Assembly: GCA_011525755.1 (NCBI GenBank)
Contig: WYBS01000091.1
Coordinates: forward strand, 6,922 to 70,921
Source of the DNA: Planctomycetaceae bacterium
GTDB lineage: Bacteria; Planctomycetota; PLA2
DNA length: 64,000 bases
Direction of reading: 5' to 3'
Each line of letters starts with the position of its first letter. The stretch's first letter is position 1. The position numbers were made by a program, and so were the translations under genes. Of the stretch, positions 29,350 through 38,494 are shown piece by piece. Under the pieces are notes generated by a model. The model was not told where the DNA came from. It was given only the letters and a program-made list of their open reading frames with translations, and ran no database searches.

Positions 29350-30833
29350 CGGGGGGGCTCCTGCCTTCGCCCCGGTTCCGGCGGGGCCGGGGGCCAGGAG
29401 AACAGCGGAAGCAGCGCCTCCGCCGCCCGCGCCGCGCGGAAGAGCGTGGCCTCGCCGAACCGCGGCGCGGTGAGCTGGAGGCCCACGGGCAGGCCCGCCG
29501 GCGTGCGGCCGCACGGGAGCGAGAGAGCCGGCACGCCGCAGAGGTTCGCGGTGACGGTGAGCACGTCCGAGAGGTACATCGCCAGCGGATCCGCGGCCTT
29601 CTCGCCGAGCGCGAAGGCCGCCGTCGGCGTCGTCGCGCTCGCGAGGAGGTCGACCTTCCGGAAGCACTCCTCCATCTCGTGGCGCATCGCCGCGCGCACC
29701 TTCTGGGCGCGGCCGTAATAGGCCTCGTAGTAGCCGCTCGAGAGCGCGAAGGTCCCGAGGAGGATCCGGCGCTTCACCTCGGCGCCGAACCCCTCGCCGC
29801 GCGTCTCCGCGAACATCTCCTCGACGCTCGCTCCCTCGCCGCGGATTCCGTAGCGCACGCCGTCGTAGCGCGCGAGGTTGCTCGACGCCTCGCTCGGCGC
29901 CACGATGTAGTAGACGGCGATCCCGTGCACCGAGAGCGGCAGCGAGACCTCCTCGATCCGCGCGCCCGCGGCCGTGAGCTTGCCGAGCGCGCCGTCGACG
30001 AGCGTGCGCACGTCGGCCGAGAGCCCCTCGCCGAAGCACTCCTTCGGCACGCCGATGCGGAGGCCCTTCAGGTCGCCGCGCTGCCGGAGGTCGGGCACGG
30101 CCTCCGCCGAGGAGGTCGCGTCGCGCGCGTCGCGGCCCGCGATCGCCTCGAGCAGCAGCGCCGCGTCGTCCACCGTCCTCGCGAAGGGACCGATCTGGTC
30201 GAGCGACGACGCGAACGCGATGAGGCCGTAGCGGGATACGAGGCCGTACGTGGGCTTCATCCCGACGACGCCGCAAAGCGCCGCGGGCTGGCGGATCGAG
30301 CCGCCCGTGTCGCTTCCGAGCGCGAGCGGCGCGAGCCCCGCCGCGACGGCCGCCGCGCTGCCGCCCGACGAGCCGCCCGCGGTGCGCGCGAGGTCGAACG
30401 GGTTGCGCGTCGGCCCGAACGCGGAGTTCTCCGTGCTCGAGCCCATCGCGAACTCGTCGAGGTTCGTCTTGCCGAAGAGGATCGCGCCCGCCGCCCGCAG
30501 CCGCTCGACGACGTGCGCGTCGTAGGGGGGGTGGAACGGCTCGAGGATCCTCGACGCGCAGGTGGTCGGCTGGCCGCGGACGCAGAGGTTGTCCTTGATC
30601 GCGACCGGGACGCCCGCGAGCGGGCCCGGATCCTCGCCGGCGGAGATCCGCCGGTCGATCTCGCGCGCCTGCCTCCGGACCTCCTCGGGCTCGAGGTGGA
30701 GGAAGGCCTCGACATGGTCGTTCCACCGGAGCGCGCGCTCGAGGTGCGCGTCGGCGACATCGACCGCGCTCGCCTCGCGGCCGCGGACGGCGGCGGCGAG
30801 GGCCGCGGCGCCCTCCTGCCAGAGCTCGCTCAC
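29346..30833 (-). CDS. gatA: Asp-tRNA(Asn)/Glu-tRNA(Gln) amidotransferase subunit A
   Basis: GTG start 'VSELWQ'. Amidase signature 'GGSSGGSAAAVAAG'. ATGA overlap with gatB. Confidence 0.95.
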   Translation of the reverse strand: MSELWQEGAAALAAAVRGREASAVDVADAHLERALRWNDHVEAFLHLEPEEVRRQAREIDRRISAGEDPGPLAGVPVAIKDNLCVRGQPTTCASRILEPFHPPYDAHVVERLRAAGAILFGKTNLDEFAMGSSTENSAFGPTRNPFDLARTAGGSSGGSAAAVAAGLAPLALGSDTGGSIRQPAALCGVVGMKPTYGLVSRYGLIAFASSLDQIGPFARTVDDAALLLEAIAGRDARDATSSAEAVPDLRQRGDLKGLRIGVPKECFGEGLSADVRTLVDGALGKLTAAGARIEEVSLPLSVHGIAVYYIVAPSEASSNLARYDGVRYGIRGEGASVEEMFAETRGEGFGAEVKRRILLGTFALSSGYYEAYYGRAQKVRAAMRHEMEECFRKVDLLASATTPTAAFALGEKAADPLAMYLSDVLTVTANLCGVPALSLPCGRTPAGLPVGLQLTAPRFGEATLFRAARAAEALLPLFSWPPAPPEPGRRQEPPR

Positions 30834-31126
30834 GCCTCCTCCTTGTCCACGATCTTCGGGACGAGGAAGAAGTCGCCGTCCTGCATCGGCGCGTTCCGGA
30901 GCGCGTCCTCCCGCGGCAGGCATGTGCCCGGCTCGTCCGCGCGGTGCACGTCCCGGCCGAAGCAGGTGAGCGCCTCGGAGCCCTCCGGGAGTTCCACGGC
31001 TCTCAGGCTGTCGATATGCCCGACGATCCGGTCGAGGTCTTTCGCGAGCCGTCGCGCCTCGTCCGGATCGACCTTCAACCGGGCGAGCCGGGCGATGCGC
31101 AGGACCTCGGCGGGATCGATCGCCAT
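30830..31126 (-). CDS. gatC: Asp-tRNA(Asn)/Glu-tRNA(Gln) amidotransferase subunit C
   Basis: 'MAIDPAEVLRIARLARL...'. The upstream in-frame ATG at 31144 is an alternative start. Confidence 0.85.
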   Translation of the reverse strand: MAIDPAEVLRIARLARLKVDPDEARRLAKDLDRIVGHIDSLRAVELPEGSEALTCFGRDVHRADEPGTCLPREDALRNAPMQDGDFFLVPKIVDKEEA

Positions 31127-31267
31127 GGCCGGCCTTTGTAGCACAGGGGACGCGATCCGGGGGGGGCCGGGGGGGGTGGACGGGAGGGCCCGGCCCGGGT
31201 GGTTCGCGAGGATCGAGCGACGGCCAGGATGGACTGCGCGGAACCGCGAGACCCGTGAAGATCCGGG

Positions 31268-32335
31268 CTAGGGGGCGCGGGAGAGCCGGAGCTGGCCGCA
31301 GGCCGCCGCCACGTCGTCGCCGCGCTGGCGCCGCGCGTGGACCACGACGCCCGCCTTGCGGAGGATCTCCTCGAAGCGCGCGACGCGCTCCGGCGCCGGG
31401 CTCTTCAGGTCCGGCGCGAACGAGACGGGGTTCATCGGGATCAGGTTGACGTTCCGGTGGGGGCCCGCGAGACGGGCGAGCGCGCGCGCGTCCTCGTCCC
31501 GGTCGTTGATCCCGCCGAGCAGCACGTACTCGAACGTCACGTCGCGCCCGGTCGTCTCGAACCAGCGGCGGGCCATGTCGAGGAGATCCGCGACGGTCCC
31601 CGTGCCGCCCCTGGGCACGAGGCGGCGCCGCATCTCGTCGGTCGGGGCGTGGAGCGAGATCGCGAGGTTCACGCGGAGGCCCGAGGCGAGAAGCTCCTCG
31701 AAGCCCCGGAGCGGCCCCGACGTCGAGACCGTGATCCGCCGCGAGCCGAGGTCGATCCCCTCCGGGTCCTGGACGATCCGGAGCGCGCGCACGAGGTTTG
31801 CGACGTTGTGGAGCGGCTCTCCCATCCCCATCACGACGATGTTCGTGAGCCGCGCCTGAGGCCCGGAGGGGCCGTCCGCCGGCGCCGCGGCGTCGCGGAG
31901 CCAGAGCACCTGCTCCACGATCTCGAACGCCTCGAGGTTGCGGACGACGCCCTTCGCGCCCGAGGCGCAGAAGACGCAGCCGACGCCGCAGCCCACCTGC
32001 GTCGAGATGCACGCGGTGCGGCGGTCGCCCTCCGGGATGAGCACGCACTCGACGCGTTCCCCGTCGGAGAGGCCGACGAGCAGCTTCACGGTCCCGTCCT
32101 CGGAGCGGTGCGTCTCGATCACGCGGCTCGACCGGACGGGGAGCCGCGCTGCGAGCGCCTCGCGGAGCGCTTTCGGGACGTCCGTCATGGCCTCGTAGGA
32201 GACGGCGCCGCGGACGTGGACCCAACGGAACACCTGCCTCGCGCGGTAGGGGGGATCCACGAGCGACTCGATCTCCTTCGTCGAGAGGCCCGCGAGCGAG
32301 CCTGCCCCCGAAGCCCCCTCACCTCGAGGCGCCAC
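31268..32335 (-). CDS. rlmN: 23S rRNA (adenine2503-C2)/tRNA methyltransferase, radical SAM
   Basis: 'RARQVFRWVHVRGA'. Radical-SAM 'CISTQVGCGVGCVFCASG'. Putative GTG start 2 nt after the clpX stop. Confidence 0.85.
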   Translation of the reverse strand: MAPRGEGASGAGSLAGLSTKEIESLVDPPYRARQVFRWVHVRGAVSYEAMTDVPKALREALAARLPVRSSRVIETHRSEDGTVKLLVGLSDGERVECVLIPEGDRRTACISTQVGCGVGCVFCASGAKGVVRNLEAFEIVEQVLWLRDAAAPADGPSGPQARLTNIVVMGMGEPLHNVANLVRALRIVQDPEGIDLGSRRITVSTSGPLRGFEELLASGLRVNLAISLHAPTDEMRRRLVPRGGTGTVADLLDMARRWFETTGRDVTFEYVLLGGINDRDEDARALARLAGPHRNVNLIPMNPVSFAPDLKSPAPERVARFEEILRKAGVVVHARRQRGDDVAAACGQLRLSRAP

Positions 32336-32337
32336 GG

Positions 32338-33621
32338 CTATGCGCTGTCGCGCTGGGGCGGACGCTTCACGTCGGCGCGCAGCACCTTCCCGACGGGCTC
32401 CTCGCCCCGGTAGGCCGCGGCGGTGACGATGTAGCGCGCGACCTTGTCCTTGTTCTCGGGCAGGTCGTAGAGGAGGTCGCGGAGGAAGTCCTCGACGAGC
32501 GCGCGGACGGCGCGCACGCCGGTCTCGCGCTTGAGCGCGTCCCTGGCGATCGCGCGGAGCGCGTCGTCGTCGAAGGCGAGCTCGACACCCTCGATCTCGA
32601 AGAATTTCTGGTACTGGCGGATGATCGCGTTCCTCGGCTCGACCATCACGCGCAGGATCTCGTCCTCGCCGAGCGGGTCGAGGACGGTCACCGCCGGGAG
32701 GCGGCCGATGAACTCGGGGATCATCCCGAAGGCGAGGAGGTCCTCCGTCTCGATCAGCGGGAGGTAGTGCGCGGCGCCCTCCTGGCCCTGTTCCCTGCCG
32801 TCGTCGACGAACCCGATCCGCTTCTTCCCGACGCGCTTCTTGATGAGCTCCTCGATGCCCGAGAAGGTGCCGCCGCAGATGAAGAGGATGTTCGTCGTGT
32901 CGATCTGGAGGTACTGCTGCTCGGGGTGCTTCCGCCCCCCCTGGGGCGGGATGTTGCTGACCGTGCCCTCGATGATCTTCAGGAGCCCCTGCTGCACGCC
33001 TTCGCCGGAGACGTCGCGCGTGATCGACTGGTTGTTCTGGGTCTTCGCGATCTTGTCGATCTCGTCGATGTAGACGATCCCGCGCTCGGCGCGCTCGCGG
33101 TCGAAGTCGGCCGCCTGGAGGAGCCGCAGGAGCACGTTCTCCACGTCCTCGCCGACATATCCCGCCTCGGTGAGCGTGGTCGCGTCGCTGATCGCGAAGG
33201 GCACGTCGAGGAAGCGCGCGAGGGAGCGGGCGAGGAGCGTCTTCCCCGAGCCGGTCGGCCCCACGAGGAGGATGTTGCTCTTCTCGAGCTCGACCTCGTC
33301 GGTCTTGAAGCCGACCGAGATGCGGCGGTAGTGGTTGTAGACGGCGACCGCGAGCGTCCGCTTGGCCCGCTCCTGGCCGATCACATACTCGTTCAGGAAG
33401 GAATGGATCTCGCGCGGCGTCCGGAGCCGGAAGGTGACGCCGGGCTCGCGGCGCGTCGTCCCGCCCTTGCGCGTCTCTTCGAGGAGGATCGTGTTGCAGA
33501 GCTCGACGCACTCGTTGCAGATGTAGACGTCCGGCGGGCCGGCCACGAGCGAGTCGACCATGTGGCGCGACTTGCCGCAGAAGGTGCACCGCTCGGTGTA
33601 GGTTCGCCGGCCCTTTGACAT
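32338..33621 (-). CDS. clpX: ATP-dependent Clp protease ATP-binding subunit ClpX
   Basis: Zn-finger 'CTFCGKS...CNEC'. Walker A 'GPTGSGKT'. Confidence 0.95.
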   Translation of the reverse strand: MSKGRRTYTERCTFCGKSRHMVDSLVAGPPDVYICNECVELCNTILLEETRKGGTTRREPGVTFRLRTPREIHSFLNEYVIGQERAKRTLAVAVYNHYRRISVGFKTDEVELEKSNILLVGPTGSGKTLLARSLARFLDVPFAISDATTLTEAGYVGEDVENVLLRLLQAADFDRERAERGIVYIDEIDKIAKTQNNQSITRDVSGEGVQQGLLKIIEGTVSNIPPQGGRKHPEQQYLQIDTTNILFICGGTFSGIEELIKKRVGKKRIGFVDDGREQGQEGAAHYLPLIETEDLLAFGMIPEFIGRLPAVTVLDPLGEDEILRVMVEPRNAIIRQYQKFFEIEGVELAFDDDALRAIARDALKRETGVRAVRALVEDFLRDLLYDLPENKDKVARYIVTAAAYRGEEPVGKVLRADVKRPPQRDSA

Positions 33622-33635
33622 CCGTGCCCCGGATT

Positions 33636-34265
33636 CTAGCTGATCTTTCCCGGCGTGGGCGGGCCGCCCTTCAGCGGCTCGATCACCTCGTCCACGAGTC
33701 CGTACTTCTTGGCCTCCTGGGCGTTCAGGAAGAAGTCCCGATCCGAGTCGCGGTCGATCCGGTCGAGGGGCTGGCCCGTGTGGCGGGAGAAGATCTCGTT
33801 CATCTCCTTGCGGAGCTTGATGATCTCCTCGGCGTGCCGCTCGATGTCGGCCGCCGTTCCCCCGACGCCCCCGCTCGGCTGGTGGAGCATGACTCGCGCG
33901 TGGGGAAGGATGAACCTTTTGCCCGGCGCGCCGGCAGCGAGGAGCAGGGCGCCCATGGACATCGCCTGCCCGATGCAGTAGGTCGCGATGTCGCACGTGA
34001 TGAACTGCATCGTGTCGTAGATCGCGAGGCCGTCCGAGACGTATCCCCCGGGAGAGTTGATGTAGAGGCTGATCTCCTGGTTCTTGTTCTCCTTCTGGAG
34101 GAACAGGAGCTGCGCGATCACGATGTTCGCCACCGTGTCCGTGATCGGGGTGCCCACGAAGACGATGCGGTCCTCGAGGAGGCGCGAGTAGATGTCGTAG
34201 GCGCGTTCCCCCCGGCCCGTCTTCTCGATGACCGTCGGGATCCAGATGCTGGACGTGGGGTTCAT
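33636..34265 (-). CDS. clpP: ATP-dependent Clp protease proteolytic subunit
   Basis: '[20 protein letters not shown]...[14 protein letters not shown]'. Confidence 0.95.
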   Translation of the reverse strand: MNPTSSIWIPTVIEKTGRGERAYDIYSRLLEDRIVFVGTPITDTVANIVIAQLLFLQKENKNQEISLYINSPGGYVSDGLAIYDTMQFITCDIATYCIGQAMSMGALLLAAGAPGKRFILPHARVMLHQPSGGVGGTAADIERHAEEIIKLRKEMNEIFSRHTGQPLDRIDRDSDRDFFLNAQEAKKYGLVDEVIEPLKGGPPTPGKIS

Positions 34266-35707
34266 TTCTCCGCCTTCTTCTTCGTGGCCTTCTTCTTCGC
34301 GGGCTCGGCCGCCTCGGCCTCGGCCTCGCTCTTCTTCTTCGGCTGCTTCGGGGGGGCTCCCGCCTTCGCCGAGGCTTCGGCGGGCAGGCCGGGGGCCCCG
34401 GACTCCGTGACCTTGACCTGGGAGCGCAGCCGGGCCCGGGCCTTCTTCACCTTCAGGTGGTTCCGCAGCGAGGAGAGCCGCCCGGAGTCGCGCAGGAGCA
34501 CGTACATCTGCTCGGGCGACTGCCCCTGGTAGGCGGCGATCTGCGCGACCGCCTCGCGGACCTCGGTCTCGGGCACGAGGATCTTCTCCTTCTCCACGAG
34601 CTTATCGAGGAGGAACCACATCTTCAGCTCGTTCGCCGACTCCTCGCTCCGCCGGGCGCGCACCTCGGCGACCTGCTTCGCGATCTCCTCCTCGGGCTTC
34701 CCCTGGAGCTGGAGCTCGTAGGCGACCCGGCGCGCGATCTCGTCGCCCTCCTTCCGGATCAGGTCGTCCGGGAGGTCGATCGCGGTCTTCTGGAGGAGCT
34801 GCGCGAGGGCGAGGTCCTCGACCATCTTGTCGCGCTCCCCTGCCTTGTGGCGCGCGACGTCCTCGCGCACGAAGGCGAGGAACTCGTCCTTCGTCTTGAA
34901 GTCGTATGCCTCCGCGAGCTGGTCGTCCACCTCGGGCAGCTCCGGGCGCTTCAGGTCGACGATCTCCGCGTGCAGCGCGAGGTCCGCGCCCGCAAGCGGG
35001 TGGTTCTCGACGTGGGGCGGGACGAAGGCCTTCGCCGTGACCGTCGCGCCGACGTCCTTCCCGAGGAGCGCCTCGTCGAGGCCGTCGGTGAGGAGGTCCG
35101 CGAGCATCCGCGAGCCGACCTCGTAGGGGAGCCCCTCGTGCTGGAAGGCCTCCTTCTCCCCGGCCGTGCCCTTCACCTTGATCGTGACGACGTCGCCGTT
35201 CTCGACGCCGCCCTTCTTCACCGGCCTGAGCGTCGCCTTGCGCTTGCGCAGCGCGAGGACCGCGCCGTCCACCTCCTCGTCGGTGGGGGCGGCCGAGGGG
35301 ACCGAGACCTGGATGGCATGGAACTCCGGGAGGTCGAACTCGGGCTTGACCGTGACCGTGAAGTCGAAGTCCACCGCCTGGCTCGGCTCGACGCTCACCT
35401 TCTCGAGATCGACCTCGGGGTCGGCGATCGGGGAGAGCTTGTTCTCCTTGATCGCCTCGTTGTACGCGTTGTCGAGGAGCGACTGCTTCACCTCGACCGC
35501 GACCTGCTTGCCGAATCGCTTCTCCACGAGCTTCCGCGGCGCCTTGCCCGGCCGGAAGCCGGGGATCGGGACCGAACGGGTCCACTGGCGGTAGGACTTG
35601 TCGAACTCCTCGGTCACGATCTCCGGCGGGATCGTGACCTTGATCCGTTTGCGGCAGGGGCCAATAGGCTCGACCGAGAAGCGCATCGCCGTGGTGGTCT
35701 CCGTCAT
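34262..35707 (-). CDS. tig: trigger factor
   Basis: '[20 protein letters not shown]' is the ribosome-binding signature. Lys/Ala-rich tail. ATGA overlap with clpP. Confidence 0.9.
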   Translation of the reverse strand: MTETTTAMRFSVEPIGPCRKRIKVTIPPEIVTEEFDKSYRQWTRSVPIPGFRPGKAPRKLVEKRFGKQVAVEVKQSLLDNAYNEAIKENKLSPIADPEVDLEKVSVEPSQAVDFDFTVTVKPEFDLPEFHAIQVSVPSAAPTDEEVDGAVLALRKRKATLRPVKKGGVENGDVVTIKVKGTAGEKEAFQHEGLPYEVGSRMLADLLTDGLDEALLGKDVGATVTAKAFVPPHVENHPLAGADLALHAEIVDLKRPELPEVDDQLAEAYDFKTKDEFLAFVREDVARHKAGERDKMVEDLALAQLLQKTAIDLPDDLIRKEGDEIARRVAYELQLQGKPEEEIAKQVAEVRARRSEESANELKMWFLLDKLVEKEKILVPETEVREAVAQIAAYQGQSPEQMYVLLRDSGRLSSLRNHLKVKKARARLRSQVKVTESGAPGLPAEASAKAGAPPKQPKKKSEAEAEAAEPAKKKATKKKAEK

Positions 35708-36008
35708 GGAATCTCCAGGGAACGTTCCAGTGTAGAGTCTAGGGGCAAGCCCCAGCTAGCTTCGGTCCCTCGCGTGTCGGGCTCCGGGGCCCAGGATTTC
35801 GGGCCGGTGCGCGAAGGGGGCGGGGGGGCCTGTGATTTCTGCTTGCCGTCTCCCCCGGTCGGGTATGATGTCGGCAGTTACGGACCGGCTAGGCGCGGGC
35901 CCCCCGCAGGAGCGGAGGCGGGCCCCCTGTGCGGCGCCTCCCCGGTCGCGGCCCCAGAAGGTCCCACGTGCGGGACCGTTTGCAGCGGCTGCATTGGAGT
36001 TCGATTTG

Positions 36009-37211
36009 ATGAACGGGCAAGGTCCCCATGCGCCCCACGCAGGCAGGCGCCGTCGGCGCCGGCGGAGGCGCGGAGGTGCGAAGCTCACCGACCCGACGCC
36101 GGTCGCCCCGGTCGCCGGGATCCTCGCGGTCGCCCGCGAGGGCCATGGCTTCCTGCGCAACCCGAAACGCGACTGCCAGATCCAGGACGGGGATCCCTAC
36201 GTCCACCGGGAGCTGATCCAGCGCCACGGCCTCCGCGAGGGCCAGATGATCGAGGCCCACGTCTCGCGCCAGATGCGCGGGCCGGCCCCGATGGTCGCGA
36301 CCATCGACCGGGTCGAGGGACTCGACCCGGCGCAGGCGCGGGATATCCCGCGGATCGAGGAGCTGACGGTCGTGGACCCGGACAGGGCCTTCCAGCTCGT
36401 CGGCGGCGAACACCAGGACATGACGCTGCGCGTCATCGACCTCGTGACCCCGATCGGCATGGGCCAGCGCGCGCTCATCGTCGCGCCGCCTCGCACCGGC
36501 AAGACCGTGATCCTCCAGAAGCTCGCGAACGCGATCACGACCTTCCACCCCGACGTCAAGCTCCTCGTCTGCCTCGTGGACGAACGTCCCGAGGAGGCGA
36601 CGGACATGAAGCGCGCGGTGAAGGGCGAGGTCTACGCGAGCACGAACGACCTGCCCGCCGTGAACCACGTCGCGATGACCGAGCTCGTCACCGCGCGAGC
36701 GAAGCGTCTCTGCGAGCTGGGCAACAACGTGGTCGTCCTGATCGACTCGCTCACGCGCCTCGGCCGCGCGTACAACATCGAGGCGCGCGGGTCGGGGCGG
36801 ACGCTCACCGGCGGCCTCGACGCCAAGGTCCTCGAGAAACCCAAGGCGCACTTCGGCGCCGCGAGAAACATCGAGCACGGCGGCTCGCTCACCGTGATCG
36901 CCACCGCGCTCATCGACACGGGCTCGCGGATGGACCAGGTGATCTTCGAGGAGTTCAAGGGCACGGGCAACATGGAGCTCGTCCTCGACCGCGACGCGGC
37001 CGACCGGCGCATCTGGCCGGCGATCGACGTCACGACCTCCGGCACGCGCAAGGAGGAGAAGCTCGTCGCGGAGGCGAAGCTGAAGCGCATGTGGGCGCTC
37101 CGGCGGCTGCTCACGAAGATGAAGCCGCTCGAAGGGCTCGAGACGCTCATCGACCGGCTGAACAAGACGCGCAGCAACGAGGAGTTCCTCTCGCTCTTCG
37201 ACCCGAAGTGA
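36009..37211 (+). CDS. rho: transcription termination factor Rho (short N-terminus with 9-Arg tract)
   Basis: Walker A 'APPRTGKT'. OB/CSD-like region. An N-terminal extension to 35832 is possible. Confidence 0.9.
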   Translation: MNGQGPHAPHAGRRRRRRRRRGGAKLTDPTPVAPVAGILAVAREGHGFLRNPKRDCQIQDGDPYVHRELIQRHGLREGQMIEAHVSRQMRGPAPMVATIDRVEGLDPAQARDIPRIEELTVVDPDRAFQLVGGEHQDMTLRVIDLVTPIGMGQRALIVAPPRTGKTVILQKLANAITTFHPDVKLLVCLVDERPEEATDMKRAVKGEVYASTNDLPAVNHVAMTELVTARAKRLCELGNNVVVLIDSLTRLGRAYNIEARGSGRTLTGGLDAKVLEKPKAHFGAARNIEHGGSLTVIATALIDTGSRMDQVIFEEFKGTGNMELVLDRDAADRRIWPAIDVTTSGTRKEEKLVAEAKLKRMWALRRLLTKMKPLEGLETLIDRLNKTRSNEEFLSLFDPK

Positions 37212-37525
37212 ACCGCGCGGACGTCCTTGTCGAATTCGTGAAGGCGGGGGGGCCCGGGGGCCAGCACCGCAACAAGAGCGAGACGGGCGTGCGCCTCGTT
37301 CACGTCCCGACCGGGATCACGGTCACGGCGACCGAGCGCCGCGAGCGTACGCGCAACCTCGCGCTGGCCTGGGAGCGCCTCGAGGAAGCCCTGGAGCGCC
37401 GGGCGAGGAAACCGAAGCCGCGCCGCAAGACGAAGCCCTCGCGGACGTCCGTGCGCCGGCGGCTCGAGGGGAAGGCGCGGCGCGCGCGCACCAAGGAAGG
37501 CCGGCGCGCACCGGCGGCGGAGTAG
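37208..37525 (+). CDS. ArfB-like GGQ-motif peptidyl-tRNA hydrolase domain protein
   Basis: 'GGPGGQHRNKSETGVRLVHVPTGI' is the class-I release-factor GGQ domain. Basic C-terminal tail. GTGA overlap with the rho stop. Confidence 0.7.
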   Translation: MNRADVLVEFVKAGGPGGQHRNKSETGVRLVHVPTGITVTATERRERTRNLALAWERLEEALERRARKPKPRRKTKPSRTSVRRRLEGKARRARTKEGRRAPAAE

Positions 37526-37528
37526 CCC

Positions 37529-37867
37529 TCACGGGCGCCCGCCCTTCGCGCCTTTCGTCCGACCGGGCGGCGCCTTGCCGTGCCGGAGCGCGGCGACGCA
37601 GTCGTCCCAGGCCGCCTCCGCCGCGTGCGCGCGGGCAGCGAGGATGCTCGTGCCGTGCTCGTCGAAGGGGGGCGGCGCGCCCTCGTGGGGCGTGTCGCCC
37701 CCCTGCAGGCACCTTCCCGAGAGGCAGGCGCTGATCGCCTTCTCGATCACGCCCTGCTTTGCGGGCCTGGCCCGGCGCACGGCCCGCTGGATCTGCTCCA
37801 GGTGCGCGCGCGCCGTCGGGCCCCGCGGCGCGGGGATGCGGAGATCGGGCCACGCCTCGTCGGCCAT
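37529..37867 (-). CDS. small hypothetical Cys-containing protein, paralog A (113 aa)
   Basis: Shares 'AIxAC..G.C....PP...EH......A...AAE..W..C..L.HG' with the adjacent 37885-38169 ORF. Confidence 0.45.
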   Translation of the reverse strand: MADEAWPDLRIPAPRGPTARAHLEQIQRAVRRARPAKQGVIEKAISACLSGRCLQGGDTPHEGAPPPFDEHGTSILAARAHAAEAAWDDCVAALRHGKAPPGRTKGAKGGRP

Positions 37868-37884
37868 TGCCGTCCAGCCTCGGG

Positions 37885-38169
37885 CTAGGCGCCGTGCTCG
37901 AGCTCGTCGGCGCAGAGGCCCCAGTTGCTCTCGGCGGCGAGGCAGCGCGCCCAGAGCACGTGCTGCTCGTGCACGCCGGGGGCCGGCGGAGGCGTGCCGG
38001 TGGGCCTGCAGATCCCGCCCTTGCAGGCGTTGATCGCGAGCAAGATGCGGTTGAGCAGCGTCGGGTTGCTCGCGAGCTCCGTCTGCGCCCTGGTCCTGAT
38101 CCAGTCCAGGTGGTCCGCGGCGGTGTAGGTCGGACTGCCATGGGGACAAGGGTCGTTCGGCCACGCCAT
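37885..38169 (-). CDS. small hypothetical Cys-containing protein, paralog B (94 aa)
   Basis: GGGAGG RBS 5 nt upstream of the ATG. Paralogous to 37529-37867. Confidence 0.5.
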   Translation of the reverse strand: MAWPNDPCPHGSPTYTAADHLDWIRTRAQTELASNPTLLNRILLAINACKGGICRPTGTPPPAPGVHEQHVLWARCLAAESNWGLCADELEHGA

Positions 38170-38194
38170 GCCATACCTCCCGTTCCGACGGTCT

Positions 38195-38404
38195 TCTCAG
38201 AGCTTGTGAAGAGATCCCGGCGTCGGCCCGAGGCCGAGCGAGAAGCCGGTCCCGAAGGGACGCCGCTCTGCGCGGCCGCGTTGCGCGCCGGCGAGGCGCG
38301 CAGCCGACCTGGGTTGACGGAGAAACCCAGCGAGGCGGCGCGCCGAAGCCGGGCGGCTTCGTAGCCGGCCGAAGCCGGCAGGGATCTGTTCACAAGCTCT
38401 CAGA
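38195..38404. repeat. about 22-bp inverted repeats (TCTCAGAGCTTGTGAAGAGATC / GATCTGTTCACAAGCTCTCAGA, 20/22) flanking a 166-bp GC-rich segment
   Basis: Direct reading. It lies between the 3' end of the kinase gene and the 5' end of the small-protein pair. Confidence 0.5.
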
Positions 38405-38494
38405 CGTCAGCGTGCGCAGGATACCATATGGCACAGTTGCGTGCGCCGCCGGGCGGCCGGCCCTCCCCCGGGCCCCCTCCCTTCCACGGGTCGC

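Noticed and set aside
35707-36009. 300-bp tig/rho divergent intergenic region examined for a tRNA (tRNA genes often precede tig)
   Set aside because: No T-loop (GTTCGAATC-like) or cloverleaf-compatible segment was found. 'gagttcgatttg' does not fit. The other intergenic regions (44371-44595, 50130-50466, 59563-59710, 23436-23700) were likewise negative.
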